A stretch of 63,358 bases of DNA, filler included, from Licmophora abbreviata (lineage: Eukaryota), in NCBI GenBank assembly GCA_900291995.1. It is 10 parts of 10 records of this genome, joined end to end, with 100 filler letters (N's around TTAATTAATTAA, not from the genome) between each part and the next. Parts side by side here need not be neighbours in the genome. Positions count along the whole stretch, not along the records: positions 1 to 1,772 come from OLMU01003653.1; positions 1,873 to 12,831 come from OLMU01003654.1; 8 more parts are not named here. One strand, written 5' to 3'. The position numbers and the translations under genes are program-made. Below the pieces are notes generated by a model, which searched no databases, was not told where the DNA came from, and worked only from the letters and a program-made list of their open reading frames with translations. This document shows positions 1 through 11,087 of the stretch, in pieces (the first letter of the stretch is position 1; the number at the start of each line of letters is the position of its first letter).

Positions 1-402
1 CCCCGCGAAGATTGTGATGTGGTCCCGTCGCCCGTCGCGACCACTTCATACAGGGTACGATTCATTCGACTCGAGTCCTCGCACGAACTACCAACGTGAC
101 ATGAAACCCGACGGAGCTACCATGATACCTACTCGGGAGTACATTCTAGCCGTTGGTTGGTTGACAGGTTGCCATATCAGACACAGACGAGTATGCCACG
201 CCATGCACATCAGCTCTTCGTCTTTTCGAGCTTGCTTGAAAGTTCGAGCCGTTCCGGTATTGAGACCTGAATGTGTTGTCTTCAAGGGCAGCATGACCAC
301 GAGGTAGGAAACACAAAGCCAAATAGCTGTATAAATCCATGTAGCTGATCGCAGGGCAGAAGAAAGAAAGTATTCTAATGTAGATGCATGTCCACCAATA
401 GA

Positions 403-1342
403 CTACGATGATGGATTTGCTCGTGAAAGCTGGAGATCGTATGGAATGACTGTCTGAATCTGAGCACGCCATGTGCTTTGAGCAAGCTCGTATAGCTGAC
501 AGTCGTATCGATTCTGATCGTAAAATTCCTTCCACATTTGGGAGCTATGGTCTATCCATCTCTCCTTTGGGTTGTATCGACTTACGATATCGTCAATGCA
601 GGTGTCAGAGCCTGTGAGCTCCCAGCCGTAGTACTTTCCCATACGCTTGATACTCGCCGCCATCTTGTCCATGGTTCCCACCACGCAAGTCTCTCGTACT
701 ACATGCTTGGCAACTCCGAGCTGCTTGAAGCTGATTGGACCTTCGTGAGTATCTGAAAGTAGCCGAGTGAGCAAGTTGTCCTTGTCAGGAAACGTAGGCA
801 AACTGTCGTGCACGTCGTAATCCAATGGATGTCGGAAGAAGCAAAACATTCGTCCAAAGTTTTCGGGGGTGAAAATCTCAATGGCTTCTCGAATAAAAGG
901 AGTAGTCACGACAAAATTGTCTGATTTACGAGAGGCCAAATTCACCTGTTTTGCTCTCTCGATCGCCTCAATGCTGTCTAGCTCGACAGTGTCCAAGCCA
1001 TAGCAATCCGTCAAGACCTGCTTCATGATCAGCTCGTCGGATTTGTGAACATGCCAGAAGAAGGGGACGTCCGATGCAGCAATCGGTTGATCTAGTACCA
1101 CATCTCGTAAGAGAGTGTAAGGAAAGAAGAGTGTTAAGAGACTGTTGGGGTAGCGACCGTGATACCTAGCGTCGTCATTCCTTCGAAGAAAGCGTGAGAG
1201 ATCGGAAACGTTGAAAAGACGTCGCCAAGACTAGAATTGACAATAGAACTCCAACCAGAACGAAGGGACTTCTAGTACTGTCGAGAAGACTGAAAAGTGG
1301 GCTTGTCCACGTCCATTCGTTGTTTTGGCGTCGTTGGGCCAT
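403..1342 (-). CDS. Sulfotransferase-fold type II membrane protein with degenerate motifs; interrupted by an apparent 1-nt frameshift near 1214-1217
   Basis: DVPFFWHVHKS and MFCFFRHPLD resemble the 5'-PSB and 3'-PB regions of diatom sulfotransferase-like proteins, and the NRYDCQLYELAQ C-terminus also fits. The signal-anchor (PFVLVGVLLSILVLA) lies in an overlapping frame (1175-1387). Confidence 0.55.
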
Positions 1343-1772
1343 GGATGATGCGTGATGCGTCCTTGAGCAAGCAAAATGTGAGCGCAAGCTTCGGATTGAA
1401 GGTCATTTTCGATGACCACATTATCATCAGCGCGCAAAAAGGCCCAAAGCTTTCCGATCAACATGCACTCAAATCTAGGATTTATAACCCTAGCCCTATT
1501 CCTTCTGACACCCCTAACCTACTCAGACATCTGCCATGCAATGTCGAGAGTGATCATTGGCAGTCAACATTTCTTCTTTTCAATCCTTACTTTACAGTCT
1601 ATCTACTACTACCACATCATCGATTCCTTATGCATTCATAATCACAGTCATACGGACAGAGCCGTAAGAGACGATTCCAACGGCGACGTTCGTGCGTCAT
1701 CTTCACAGTTGTTGGTTTCGTCCCGTTCCTCGCTCAGGATTCGCACATCCTGTCCGAGCTCGTCGAAAACAA

Positions 1773-1872
1773 NNNNNNNNNNNNNNNNNNNNNNNNNNNN
1801 NNNNNNNNNNNNNNNNTTAATTAATTAANNNNNNNNNNNNNNNNNNNNNNNNNNNNNNNNNNNNNNNNNNNN
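1773..1872. other. Artificial contig-joining spacer (44 N + TTAATTAATTAA + 44 N)
   Basis: Identical 100-bp spacer with stops in all six frames. It recurs at 12832-12931, 21730-21829, 30070-30169, 36397-36496, 46693-46792, 57813-57912, 58920-59019 and 61763-61862. Confidence 0.98.
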
Positions 1873-3452
1873 GGCTTGTCATAGCAGTCAAGACCATCCG
1901 GGGGATGATACCAGTAATTGATGGCAACATGGCACTTGGCGAGCGGATCATCCAAATCGTCGTCCTCTTGCGTCGTCGTACCACCGCTGTAGGATGTGAC
2001 TTCATGGAACCAGCCTGCAGGAAGATAGAGAACTTGCCCAGCTTCTAGGCTCACAATGACTTCCTGACAGCTCTGGAACAATGGGAATTCCTCCATCAAC
2101 TGTTGCCGGTCGGTGCGAGTGGGATCTATTCTCGAAAAACTGTCGGGGCGATCAGAGGACTCTGTTTGCTGCGCCTCGGTCTCATCCTTTAGTATCATCT
2201 CCTCATAATCATCGACCCCATCCATGACGTAGGTGCCTTCATCTTCCGAATCCTGGTAGTTGTATCCTTTTCCAAGAACAATCTCGTCTTCCTCCTCATC
2301 ATCCTCACTATCGTCAATAACATCTCCTCTTGTTGTTGCCACACCCTCTTCCTCCTCATCATCATCATCATCATCCACCCGAGGCCTCCCATCGGCTCCG
2401 GTCTCATTTCCAACGTAGGATATACGTCCATTGGTATGTATCCGCTCGATGACGCCGTACGTGCTCAAGCGCGGTGCGCAGTCGGGAGAGTACAAGCGAA
2501 AGGATTTCCGGCCTCGTTGCAGTACGTAAAAATTGTCGTGATAATCGTGGTGAAGGCCCGATGTGGCCCCATTTTTGGCTCTTCCAATCCACTATAAAAT
2601 CAGGAGTTGTTGGTGTCATTGGTTTTTAAACGGAATGGAGTGGGTGAGAAAGCGAGTTCTTGTAGACAGATATCGGAGGTGAAGACACATACGCACCATA
2701 TTACAAGAGCTCAATACCAGGTTTCCAGCCATTGGATAGTGTTCTGGCAGAAGCTTACAATCGACCAGCTGTCGACAGGGAACATTAAAGGGATCGTCCG
2801 TATCCTCTTGTGTCGACCAGTACAAGAGCTCTCCGTCATTATTATCATTGTTACTGCAAATAGAATTCAAAAAGTCCGACACGGTCAAGACAACTTGACG
2901 CGACTTGGACCGATTTTGACCAAAAGCTTCGTCTCGTGCATGTCGACGTTCCACTTGAATTTCATGTTGTCCAGCAATGTCGTGTAGAATCTGTTTGGAA
3001 ACAACAATGTTGTTATTATGATGATGTTCTGGCGTGTTGTTGTTCTTGTTCAATGTCTTCGTCGTCGTCAGCACGCTATTGAAAACACAAGGTTTTCGTT
3101 TGGAAATGTACTGTTCAAAGAATGTCTCGGCAGTCATGCTCGAACGAAGTACATCCAAGTTTTTCAGTGACGAAGTCTCCTTGGAATCTTGGAGGGAATA
3201 GCCGGCATAGTCGTTGAGGATGACGCGTTCTTGTTTCATTTTGGAGGGGATTTTTGGTGTTGCTTCATCACCAGTGGAGGACAGCACGACCTTTTGACGC
3301 TTGCTCGCCGATTCCTCCTTCATCTTTTGTTTTTTTAATCTAGATTCACTAGGATGGCTATCAGTGCTGTAAGAGTGTGTAAGCAAGATGCTACTGCCAC
3401 ATCCATCGATCACTGTGTCTCTTTCTCTCCTCTTGTTGTTGTTGTTCAGCAT
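1873..3452 (-). CDS. JmjC/cupin-8 Fe(II)/2-oxoglutarate oxygenase, 3'-truncated by the contig end; intron 2592-2696
   Basis: Splicing gives CNM|WIGRAKNGATSGLHHDYHDNFYVLQRGRKSFRLYSP (HxD motif). Distal His in LEAGQVLYLPAGWFHEV and AINYWY present. Start uncertain (3452 or 3323). Confidence 0.85.
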
Positions 3453-3500
3453 CAAACAATCTCGAAAGATCCGAAAATTGAGTGGTGAAGGAAAACTTGG

Positions 3501-3567
3501 AAAATGTCATGACAGAGCGTCCAAAATGTCATGACAGAAACCATCATTTCCGACAGACACGTGGAAC
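3501..3567. promoter_or_regulatory. Putative cis-elements in a divergent promoter: two copies of AAAATGTCATGACAGA plus a G-box (GACACGTGGAAC)
   Basis: 16-bp direct repeat at 3501-3516 and 3523-3538, each containing the palindrome TGTCATGACA. CACGTG lies within 3556-3567. Confidence 0.45.
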
Positions 3568-3728
3568 CGAAAACACACGCACGACGCCGACCCTTGAATC
3601 AATCCAACTTTTGAACTTTTGACATATTCATGTTGATGTCGTGTGGCCTTGACGAGACTGTAGCTTGCACCGCAGTTTCTTTCTTCGTCGATTAGACTTC
3701 TTGCACTGTTGCGCTTGAAGGCAGAACC

Positions 3729-5230
3729 ATGAGAGTAGTGTCACTGGCAGTAGCAGCCCTATGTACCGGTGCAGGAACGACCACCGCCTTTGTTCCCTCG
3801 TTGTTTGGCGGTATTGCTAGCAGGCAGCACGTTGTGTCCTGTCGGGCCGGCAGTAAACTTCATGAGTTCGATCACCTGCTGGGTGAAGGAGATGGCTTCT
3901 CGCAACAGATTGCGTCACAGCGTCGTCGTATCGTCATGCCTGGAGTCGAACGGGAACGTGCCGTGCAGATGACAAGTAGCTCCGCGACGTTCTCACCGGT
4001 AGAATCGGCTACTAGTGAGTCCGGGACTGCTGCGGACCCCTACGACGATGTCTTTGCCGAACAGCTCAACAAGATTGAAGAGTACGAGCAGGCTCAGCAG
4101 CCTTCTTCGAAAGGCTTTGATTTGCAAGAGTACTTGAAGAGCAGTGACTTGGGCGATATTGCTGTGACGCTCGTCGTACCGGCCATCGTCTTGTCCGCCG
4201 TCGCACGATGGGCTTCCAAGAAGGCCTATGTTGCCTTCGAGGACAAGGCGGATCTGTCGCTCCAGAATTTTGCCAAGGAAATGATTTACCACGATGGGGA
4301 CTTTGAGGAAATGAAAATGTGTCAGGCGGACTACGCGCGGCGTCTTGTCTGGTTGGGACCCAAAAAGACGGACGCTATGCTCAAACGGTACCTCGAAGCC
4401 TATGCCAAGAAGAAGACTGTCAGTCCGCAGTCCATCAGGTAGGAAGGACTGACTCGGGTGTGGGATCTGCATGGGAGTAATCAGAAAATACCATTCTTTT
4501 CGTCGTCATCTCACCGGCCTTTTTGAATTCATATAACTCCCCATTCACTTTTAGCTCGCTATCTTACGTCTTTAGTTTGTTCAAACTCTCCGAAGAAAAC
4601 GCTGCAAACGTGCTCGTCTCCCTCTGCAAGGAAATGGGCACGGACAAAATTAGCTCGGCCGGGAAGCTACTCTTTTTCGGATCCCGCATTCTCAAATCAC
4701 CCGAGGGCAAGAGAGCCCTCCAACCCATCAAGGCACTCATCAAGTCCACGTACCGCGATGAAGAAGTTGCCGAAACGTTGGTGGACACGTCACAGCAAGC
4801 TATTGCGGAAGCGGCTTACCGGGCGGCAGTACAGGATGGAGGTAAGAGTCAGGAGACTCTTACGGTTGGGTGGGAAGTGCTAGGGTTGGACAAGGAGAAT
4901 GCGCAACGGATCTTTAGTGAAGAGGCGCGGGAAGGTTTCATCACGTACCGTGAGGCCATGTACAGTGGACAGTCGACAAAGTACGATAAATCAGGAAATG
5001 TTCTCGACAAGGATGGAAATATAAAGGATCCAGAAGCTGCCAAGGCAGCGCAGGAGGCGGAGGAGGAAGACGAGTCGCAGAGTGGAAATGTGTTTGAGTG
5101 CGAGAATTGTGGCTACACGCTTTTTGTGGCGCAAGGGAGGGACTTCAAGTTTTACGGAGATGATTTCAAGTGTCCCGAGTGCGGAGCGGCAAAAGATCAG
5201 TTCAAATCACGTGACTTGGATGACGAGTAG
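3729..5230 (+). CDS. Plastid-targeted membrane protein with a C-terminal rubredoxin-like domain; intron 4439-4554
   Basis: Signal peptide plus TTAFVP (ASAFAP-like) motif, one TM helix (IAVTLVVPAIVLSAVARW), C-terminal CENCGY...FKCPECGAAKDQF. The GT-AG intron joins the two ORFs in frame (AG|C = Ser). Confidence 0.8.
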
Positions 5231-5306
5231 TGTAAGGGAATGGTGCTAGATCAGGGCAGTCATACTGGATTGGTTCTGTAGCTAGTACACTAGTCTATTT
5301 GGTTCA

Positions 5307-7974
5307 TTACTGGTTCATTCGCTTTGCATTCTTGACACCTTTGTCCTTTCGCGTTACCATGTGCGCATTTTTGGACCCACCAAACGATTTCTTCTTCTTG
5401 GGCTGCTCGAGCGCATCAAGATCAATGATTGGAGCACTCTCGATTCGGCTGACGCCCTTGATGTATCGAGCTTCCACCTTATCCTTGATATGTTTGCTCT
5501 TTTCCATGTACGTTTTGTAATCCCCGACATACTTGACTAGCTGCTTGTCTTCAATGGCGACAATATTGGTAGCGACTTTGCTTATGAAGAATCGATCATG
5601 CGATACGACCATTACCGACCCCTGGAAGTGTTGAAGTGCTTCCTCCAGCATCTCTTTTGCGGGAATGTCGAGATGATTTGTCGGCTCGTCGAGCACCAAT
5701 AGGTTTGCTGGTCGAAGCATCATGCAGCACAACGACAGTCGTGCTTTCTCGCCTCCACTCAAGTTCACCACTTTCTTATCCACGGCATCGCCCTTGAAGA
5801 GGAATTGACCCAACAGAGCGCGGAGTTCATTGTACGACTGTCCAATGCTAGCTCCCTGGATCGTTTCTATCACAGTCTTGTCGAGATCAAGCGCATCGGC
5901 CTGATTCTGTTCAAAGTAGTTGCATACCACGTTGGTTCCCATGATGCGTGCAGATCCTTCATCGGGCTCTTCTTTTCCCACCAGGAACCGGAGCAACGTC
6001 GACTTTCCAGATCCATTTGGGCCCAGCACGGCTATCCGGTCGCCTTTTTCCACAAACAAGTTCACCTCGTCGAACAACTTATTGAAAGTAGCATCGTTTC
6101 CATACGAGTGAGACAACTGTGTAACTTCGGCTACCTCAGGGCTGAGACGTGGGGCGTCAGGGAATCGAAAATGGAATGGTTTACCAAAGAACGGGGGCTT
6201 CTGCACATAGTCGTCGCTCTTCATGAGCTTTTCAAGCTTCGCTTGCCTTTGCTTTACTGCCTGCGCCTGTTTCACTTTGAACTTGTTGATCCAGGCTTTC
6301 TCCTCTTTGATCTTCTTTTCCTGCGCATTGTACGCGGCATGCCAGGCATCCATACGAGCTGTGTAAGTCAGATCAAGTCAACGACGAGGATTTTTTAGCT
6401 TTCTCATTTTCATCATTCGGGGGCTCAAGCATTCGCACAACTGTGATCTTCTGTCCCGACACCACCTATGGTACTATGCTGCACTTACCCTTCTTGAGTT
6501 GTAGAAATCTGGAATAGTTTCCGTCGTACTCGTTGCAAATGCCACCCTCGGCGTCCACAATCTTGGTACAAACTTGGTCGAGAAACTCTCGATCGTGACT
6601 GACAATCACCATTGGAATATTCTGCTGGCGCAGAAACTCTTCAAGCCACTCGACGCTCGCCAGGTCCAAATGATTGGTCGGTTCGTCCAGCAATAGAATA
6701 TTGGGATCCTTGAGCAAAACTTTGCCAAGACCGATTCTCATCTTCCATCCGCCCGAGAAGCTTGCCACCAGATCGTCTCCCTCATCGTCTGTGAATCCCA
6801 TTAGATCCATGATCTTCTTGACGCGACTCTCCAGAGCATACACTCCCTTGACATCAGCTCTCTGCTGAAGCTTTTGCATACGATCGAGAATCTCCTGCAT
6901 CTTGTCCGCATCGCCGCCATCAGCCCCCATTGCCTCCAGCTCCTTCTCTGAATCCCGAATATCCTTCAGAATCTGGTTTTCTTCCTCAAAGACACTCGCG
7001 AACTCTTCCTTGAGCGTCCGTTCCCTGACAAGTTCATCCACAAATTCTTGCCTCAGCATGGAGACACGCAAGTCTTTACTACTCTTGACAACATCCCCCG
7101 TGGTGGCCTCCATTTCTCCCGCCAGTATCCGCAGCTGCGTCGTCTTGCCCGCCCCGTTGGCTCCCACCAACCCAATTCGATCGCCGGTCTTGACACCCCA
7201 CGTAACATCCTTCAAAACTTCCTGATCACGAAAGGTAATGCCGACATTCTCCAATCGCAGAGCCGCATAGCCTGGCTGAGCGTTGTTGTCCATGACCCGA
7301 ATGCGTGGAGGAGGACGTTCCTTGCGAATCTTTTGTTCCAGCGTCAAGGATTTTTGTTCTTGTTGCTTCGGAGGCTGCTGCTCTTCGCTGGAGACTTCTC
7401 CGTTGATGTCGGTGACTGGTGCGTCGATAGAATCATCACTCTCTTCCTCTGCTTGATTCTTTTTGTTTTTGTTCTTCTTTGCCGCCTTTTTCGCTAGTTT
7501 CTCCTCCTTTTTTTGGAGTGCCTTGAGTTCCTTTTTGGATAATTTGGGCTGATCGTCGTCGTCTACTGCATTGGCCATATCGGCTTGTTCTAATTCCAAC
7601 GCACGCTGCAAGGCTGCTTCCTTGGGCGTGAGCGGTTTCTTGGTGTCTTGTTGTTGTTGTTGTTGTTGTTGTTGCTTGGCTTGCTGTTTGGCAGCCTCCT
7701 TTTGTGCCTTCATTTGTTCCTTTTTACTCATGGGCTCATCGAGCAGTAATGAGGACAATTCCGTATTCTCTTCAAGTGCCTCCAAGGCATCCAAGGCTGC
7801 CGATTTGGCATTTGCCTTTTTCTTGGCAGCCATGGAAAGTGATGAGGAGGAGGTTTGATGCTGGTGGAGTCCAAAGACTCTGGATGGCGGTACGAAAGCA
7901 TCGCTGTACAAGCAAGAGCAGCAGCCGCAGAGCACTGATATCCACAAGAGCGTCGTCCTTGTTGTTTTCGCCAT
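5307..7974 (-). CDS. Plastid-targeted ABC-F family ATPase (ribosome-associated, ABCF5/YheS-like); intron 6359-6488
   Basis: Two ABC cassettes (GANGAGKT/FSGGW/LLLDEPTNHLD and GPNGSGKS/LSGGE/LVLDEPTNHLD), no TM domains, GNYS linker, signal peptide plus DAFVP motif. The phase-1 intron restores KK-A-RMDAW. Confidence 0.93.
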
Positions 7975-8414
7975 GGTGTAAAACTAGTTATATAGTTTGA
8001 TAGTATCTCACTGATCTCGTCGTCTCACAGAACAAACACTGAAAACTGAAAACTGGAAGTGTGATGGAACGAGGAAGCTTTTTTGTGGTCGTGGGGGTCA
8101 CTGACGGTGCGTACGTTCAACGTGTTCATCCGTCACATCCGTTCGACTGCCCGTTGTTCTTTGTGCTCTTGGATGAATTCCAGATTCCATTTCGACACGT
8201 GGAACTTCTTCTGTGTTCGTACAAGGCAGTAGAACTTGTACGAGAGTCAAAACTTGCCGCCAAGCTCGACGCGGCACCTCCACACAGAAAAACGAAGCCA
8301 AGTCAGTTTGAAAGTTGGATTGGAAGTACGACGAGACATCACAGAGAAAGAGGTGACTAGACTCTTCCCGCCACAGGCACTACTCTCTTTGTAACGACGA
8401 CCACCACCACCACC

Positions 8415-9193
8415 ATGCTCCGCTGGATCCTCCTCCTTTCTCTGTGGCTGTTGTCGATGCTGGTCTCATCCTCCGTCGCCTTTGTTGTACCGTCCTCTTC
8501 CTTTGGTGCCATGACAGCACGCCGCCGATCGGCACTCGCAGTCGCAATCGATACCTCCGACATCAAGAATGGCATGACCATCGAACTGGACGGAGAACCC
8601 TACAAGGTGCTCAATTTCAGTATCATGAAGCAAGCACGGGGTGCTGCCAAGACGACCATTAAGTTTAAGAATTTGGTGTGTATTGTGTGTATATGATGGA
8701 AGTCTCTTTTTCTAGACTCGACTAGCTCATTTTTTCATACCCTGCTACGGTACAACCCCAGATGCGCGGCAACACCATTGAAAACACCTACCGTTCCGGT
8801 GAAAAGTTCGAAACTGCAATGATCGAGAAGAACGCTGCGGTATTCACCTACTCGGACGAAAACAACAACTTCTTCTTCATGGACAGCGTCACCTTTGAGG
8901 AATTGGCAATCGATGGCAAGATTATGGATGGAAAGGAACAGTGGATCGAAGAAGGCATGGAACTTACCCTTGTCACCTTTAATGATAATGTCATTGAGGT
9001 CGTTGTGCCAAAGACCTTTGTCTATACCATTCAAGAGACAGAACCCAATGTCAAGGGAAATACGGCACAGGGATATACCAAACCTGCGTCATTGTCGTCC
9101 GGTGCGACCATTAACGTTCCCGGGTATCTGGAGCAGGGCGAACTCATCAAGGTCGACACAGAAAGGGGTGAATTCTTGGAAAGAGCCAACTAA
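8415..9193 (+). CDS. efp: Plastid-targeted translation elongation factor P; intron 8676-8761
   Basis: Signal peptide plus VAFVV. EF-P signatures DIKNGMTIELDGEPYKV, FFMDSVTFEE, PNVKGNTA..TKPA and VPGYLEQGELIKVDT. The phase-0 intron joins the ORFs. Confidence 0.93.
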
Positions 9194-9262
9194 TAGATAA
9201 TCGCGGTTGCATTTTACGAATTATGTCATCAATCAATGTACAAGCTTGCTCAAAGTCATTTT

Positions 9263-10570
9263 TTACAGCTGCGGCACATCGTCAGTCGAGTCATCGGATG
9301 ATGCTGTGGTTCCTTTTCCTTCAGAAGCGAGCGACAACATCCTTGACAGCTGCGAAAAGTTCTGTAAAAGTTCGTTTGCTCCATTTTCTTTCGCAGCCTC
9401 TCGTTCTTCCTCTTGTCCATAGGCATGTGCCTCGTGTCCGGTTCTCTTGACTTTTTCCATGGCAACGAGCAAGTCCTCTCGAGTCATTGGCCGCACGTGT
9501 TCGACTTTTTTCGTATTGTCGTCGTCGTCTTTGGTTGCTTCTCCCATGACGGCCCGTCGAGACGTCTCCGCTACCATTTCTCGAATCGCCTCCATGGCTG
9601 CCGCACGGCAGAGTTCCTTCAAATCGCTTCCCGAATACCCCTTGGTCATGTGAGCAAGTCGAGGAAGAAATTGAGGCACTGTCATTTCATCCACCGCATG
9701 ATGATCCTTCAAGAGCAGTTGGATAATCTGCAGTCTCCCAGCAGCATTGGGAAGGGGAATACCGAAAGCTCTTGGCAGCCGTCGCAGAATCGCAGTGTCC
9801 ACTCGATGAGGGCAATTCGTTGCACCGAGCACGAGGACGGGCAAGTAGGAGGATGTGGAGATGCCGTCCCACAGCGTCAAGAATTCCGATTTCAACGTGG
9901 AACTCGCCGACCCCTCGAGTCCATCCCGCGGTGTCAAGAATGTGTCGAGTTCATCAATGAAAATAATCGACGGCGCTAGCTTTTCTGCCAGTCCAAAGGT
10001 AGCTGCTACCATTTTCTGCGACTCGCCGTAATACTTGTCCATGATCTTGGACAGCTTGACAGCAAGAAAGGTCGCCTCGGCTTCCTTCGCAATAGCTTTG
10101 GCCAACATGGTCTTGCCCGTCCCAGGCTTGCCGTACAACAGAATCCCCTTTGGCGGCTGCACAAGCTGCGAAGCTCCAAACAAGTCTGGTCGCTGCAACG
10201 GAAACACCGCCAGTTCCCAAAGCTCCCGCTTGATCTCATCTAATCCACCAATCTCTGCAAACGTCGTGGTAATGTCCTGCGGGTCAACGACGTCCTCTGC
10301 AATGAGCGTTTCGTAGGCACTCAGTTCTGGAAGTTCGACTTGCTTTCCAGGATTCCGTCGCTCCAGTATTCGCTCCAGACGACTCTTGGCGGCGTCGTTG
10401 CCGCCGCGTTCCAGGGCGGACTGCTGCGCCTCCTGCATCTTGCGGGACACGTACTTGCTCACCAGGTAGGTGCTGAGCATCATAAAGCCAAGTTCCAACA
10501 CGTTTGTGAGTACAGCAGAACCCAAGGTTTCTTGGCGGTTTCCCGACGTCTTCTTTTCAGACTCTGGCAT
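9263..10570 (-). CDS. Msp1/ATAD1-like membrane-anchored AAA+ ATPase
   Basis: N-terminal TM segment, [64 protein letters not shown]. Confidence 0.9.
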   Translation of the reverse strand: MPESEKKTSGNRQETLGSAVLTNVLELGFMMLSTYLVSKYVSRKMQEAQQSALERGGNDAAKSRLERILERRNPGKQVELPELSAYETLIAEDVVDPQDITTTFAEIGGLDEIKRELWELAVFPLQRPDLFGASQLVQPPKGILLYGKPGTGKTMLAKAIAKEAEATFLAVKLSKIMDKYYGESQKMVAATFGLAEKLAPSIIFIDELDTFLTPRDGLEGSASSTLKSEFLTLWDGISTSSYLPVLVLGATNCPHRVDTAILRRLPRAFGIPLPNAAGRLQIIQLLLKDHHAVDEMTVPQFLPRLAHMTKGYSGSDLKELCRAAAMEAIREMVAETSRRAVMGEATKDDDDNTKKVEHVRPMTREDLLVAMEKVKRTGHEAHAYGQEEEREAAKENGANELLQNFSQLSRMLSLASEGKGTTASSDDSTDDVPQL

Positions 10571-11087
10571 TGTTAAGAATACAAAGAGGAGACAGGAGCA
10601 GTACAGTACCACACACACAAGAAGCAATGCTGGTAACTATGTTCTTGCTGCACGTGCTGTGGTGGCCAAGAAGTAGTCTGAAACAATTTTGAATTTTGAA
10701 GTATTGACGGCGAGAAAAGTTCACGGACACAGCCGGTGAGACGGCCAGACATGATCACAGTAATGAGGTTCGTCTACTGCGAACTCCAAGACGATCCGTC
10801 CCGTTGTTGCTCAAGTGAGGAGGGTCCGGACGTCCGGACTACCGGTACTGATGGCATCATGGGACTCGACTCGGGCTCGTCCTGCAAAGAGTGAATGCTA
10901 CGATATTGTAATCTATCTACTGCCTAAGGCGTGTCAAACAGAGCTACCAGGAGTGCAAGCTTAACGTATCCATTTCCAGAAAATCTATATACACACACGG
11001 AACGACGTGTTGGAGTGGTGACACATATCGCTCCAAACCGCCCTCACAGTCTCATCGGATGCACAACACGTGTACTTGTCGCGCTAC

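Noticed and set aside
7648..7673. Trinucleotide tracts in coding regions (polyQ in ABC-F and PSTK, polyD, polyT)
   Set aside because: Ordinary coding microsatellites in disordered linkers.
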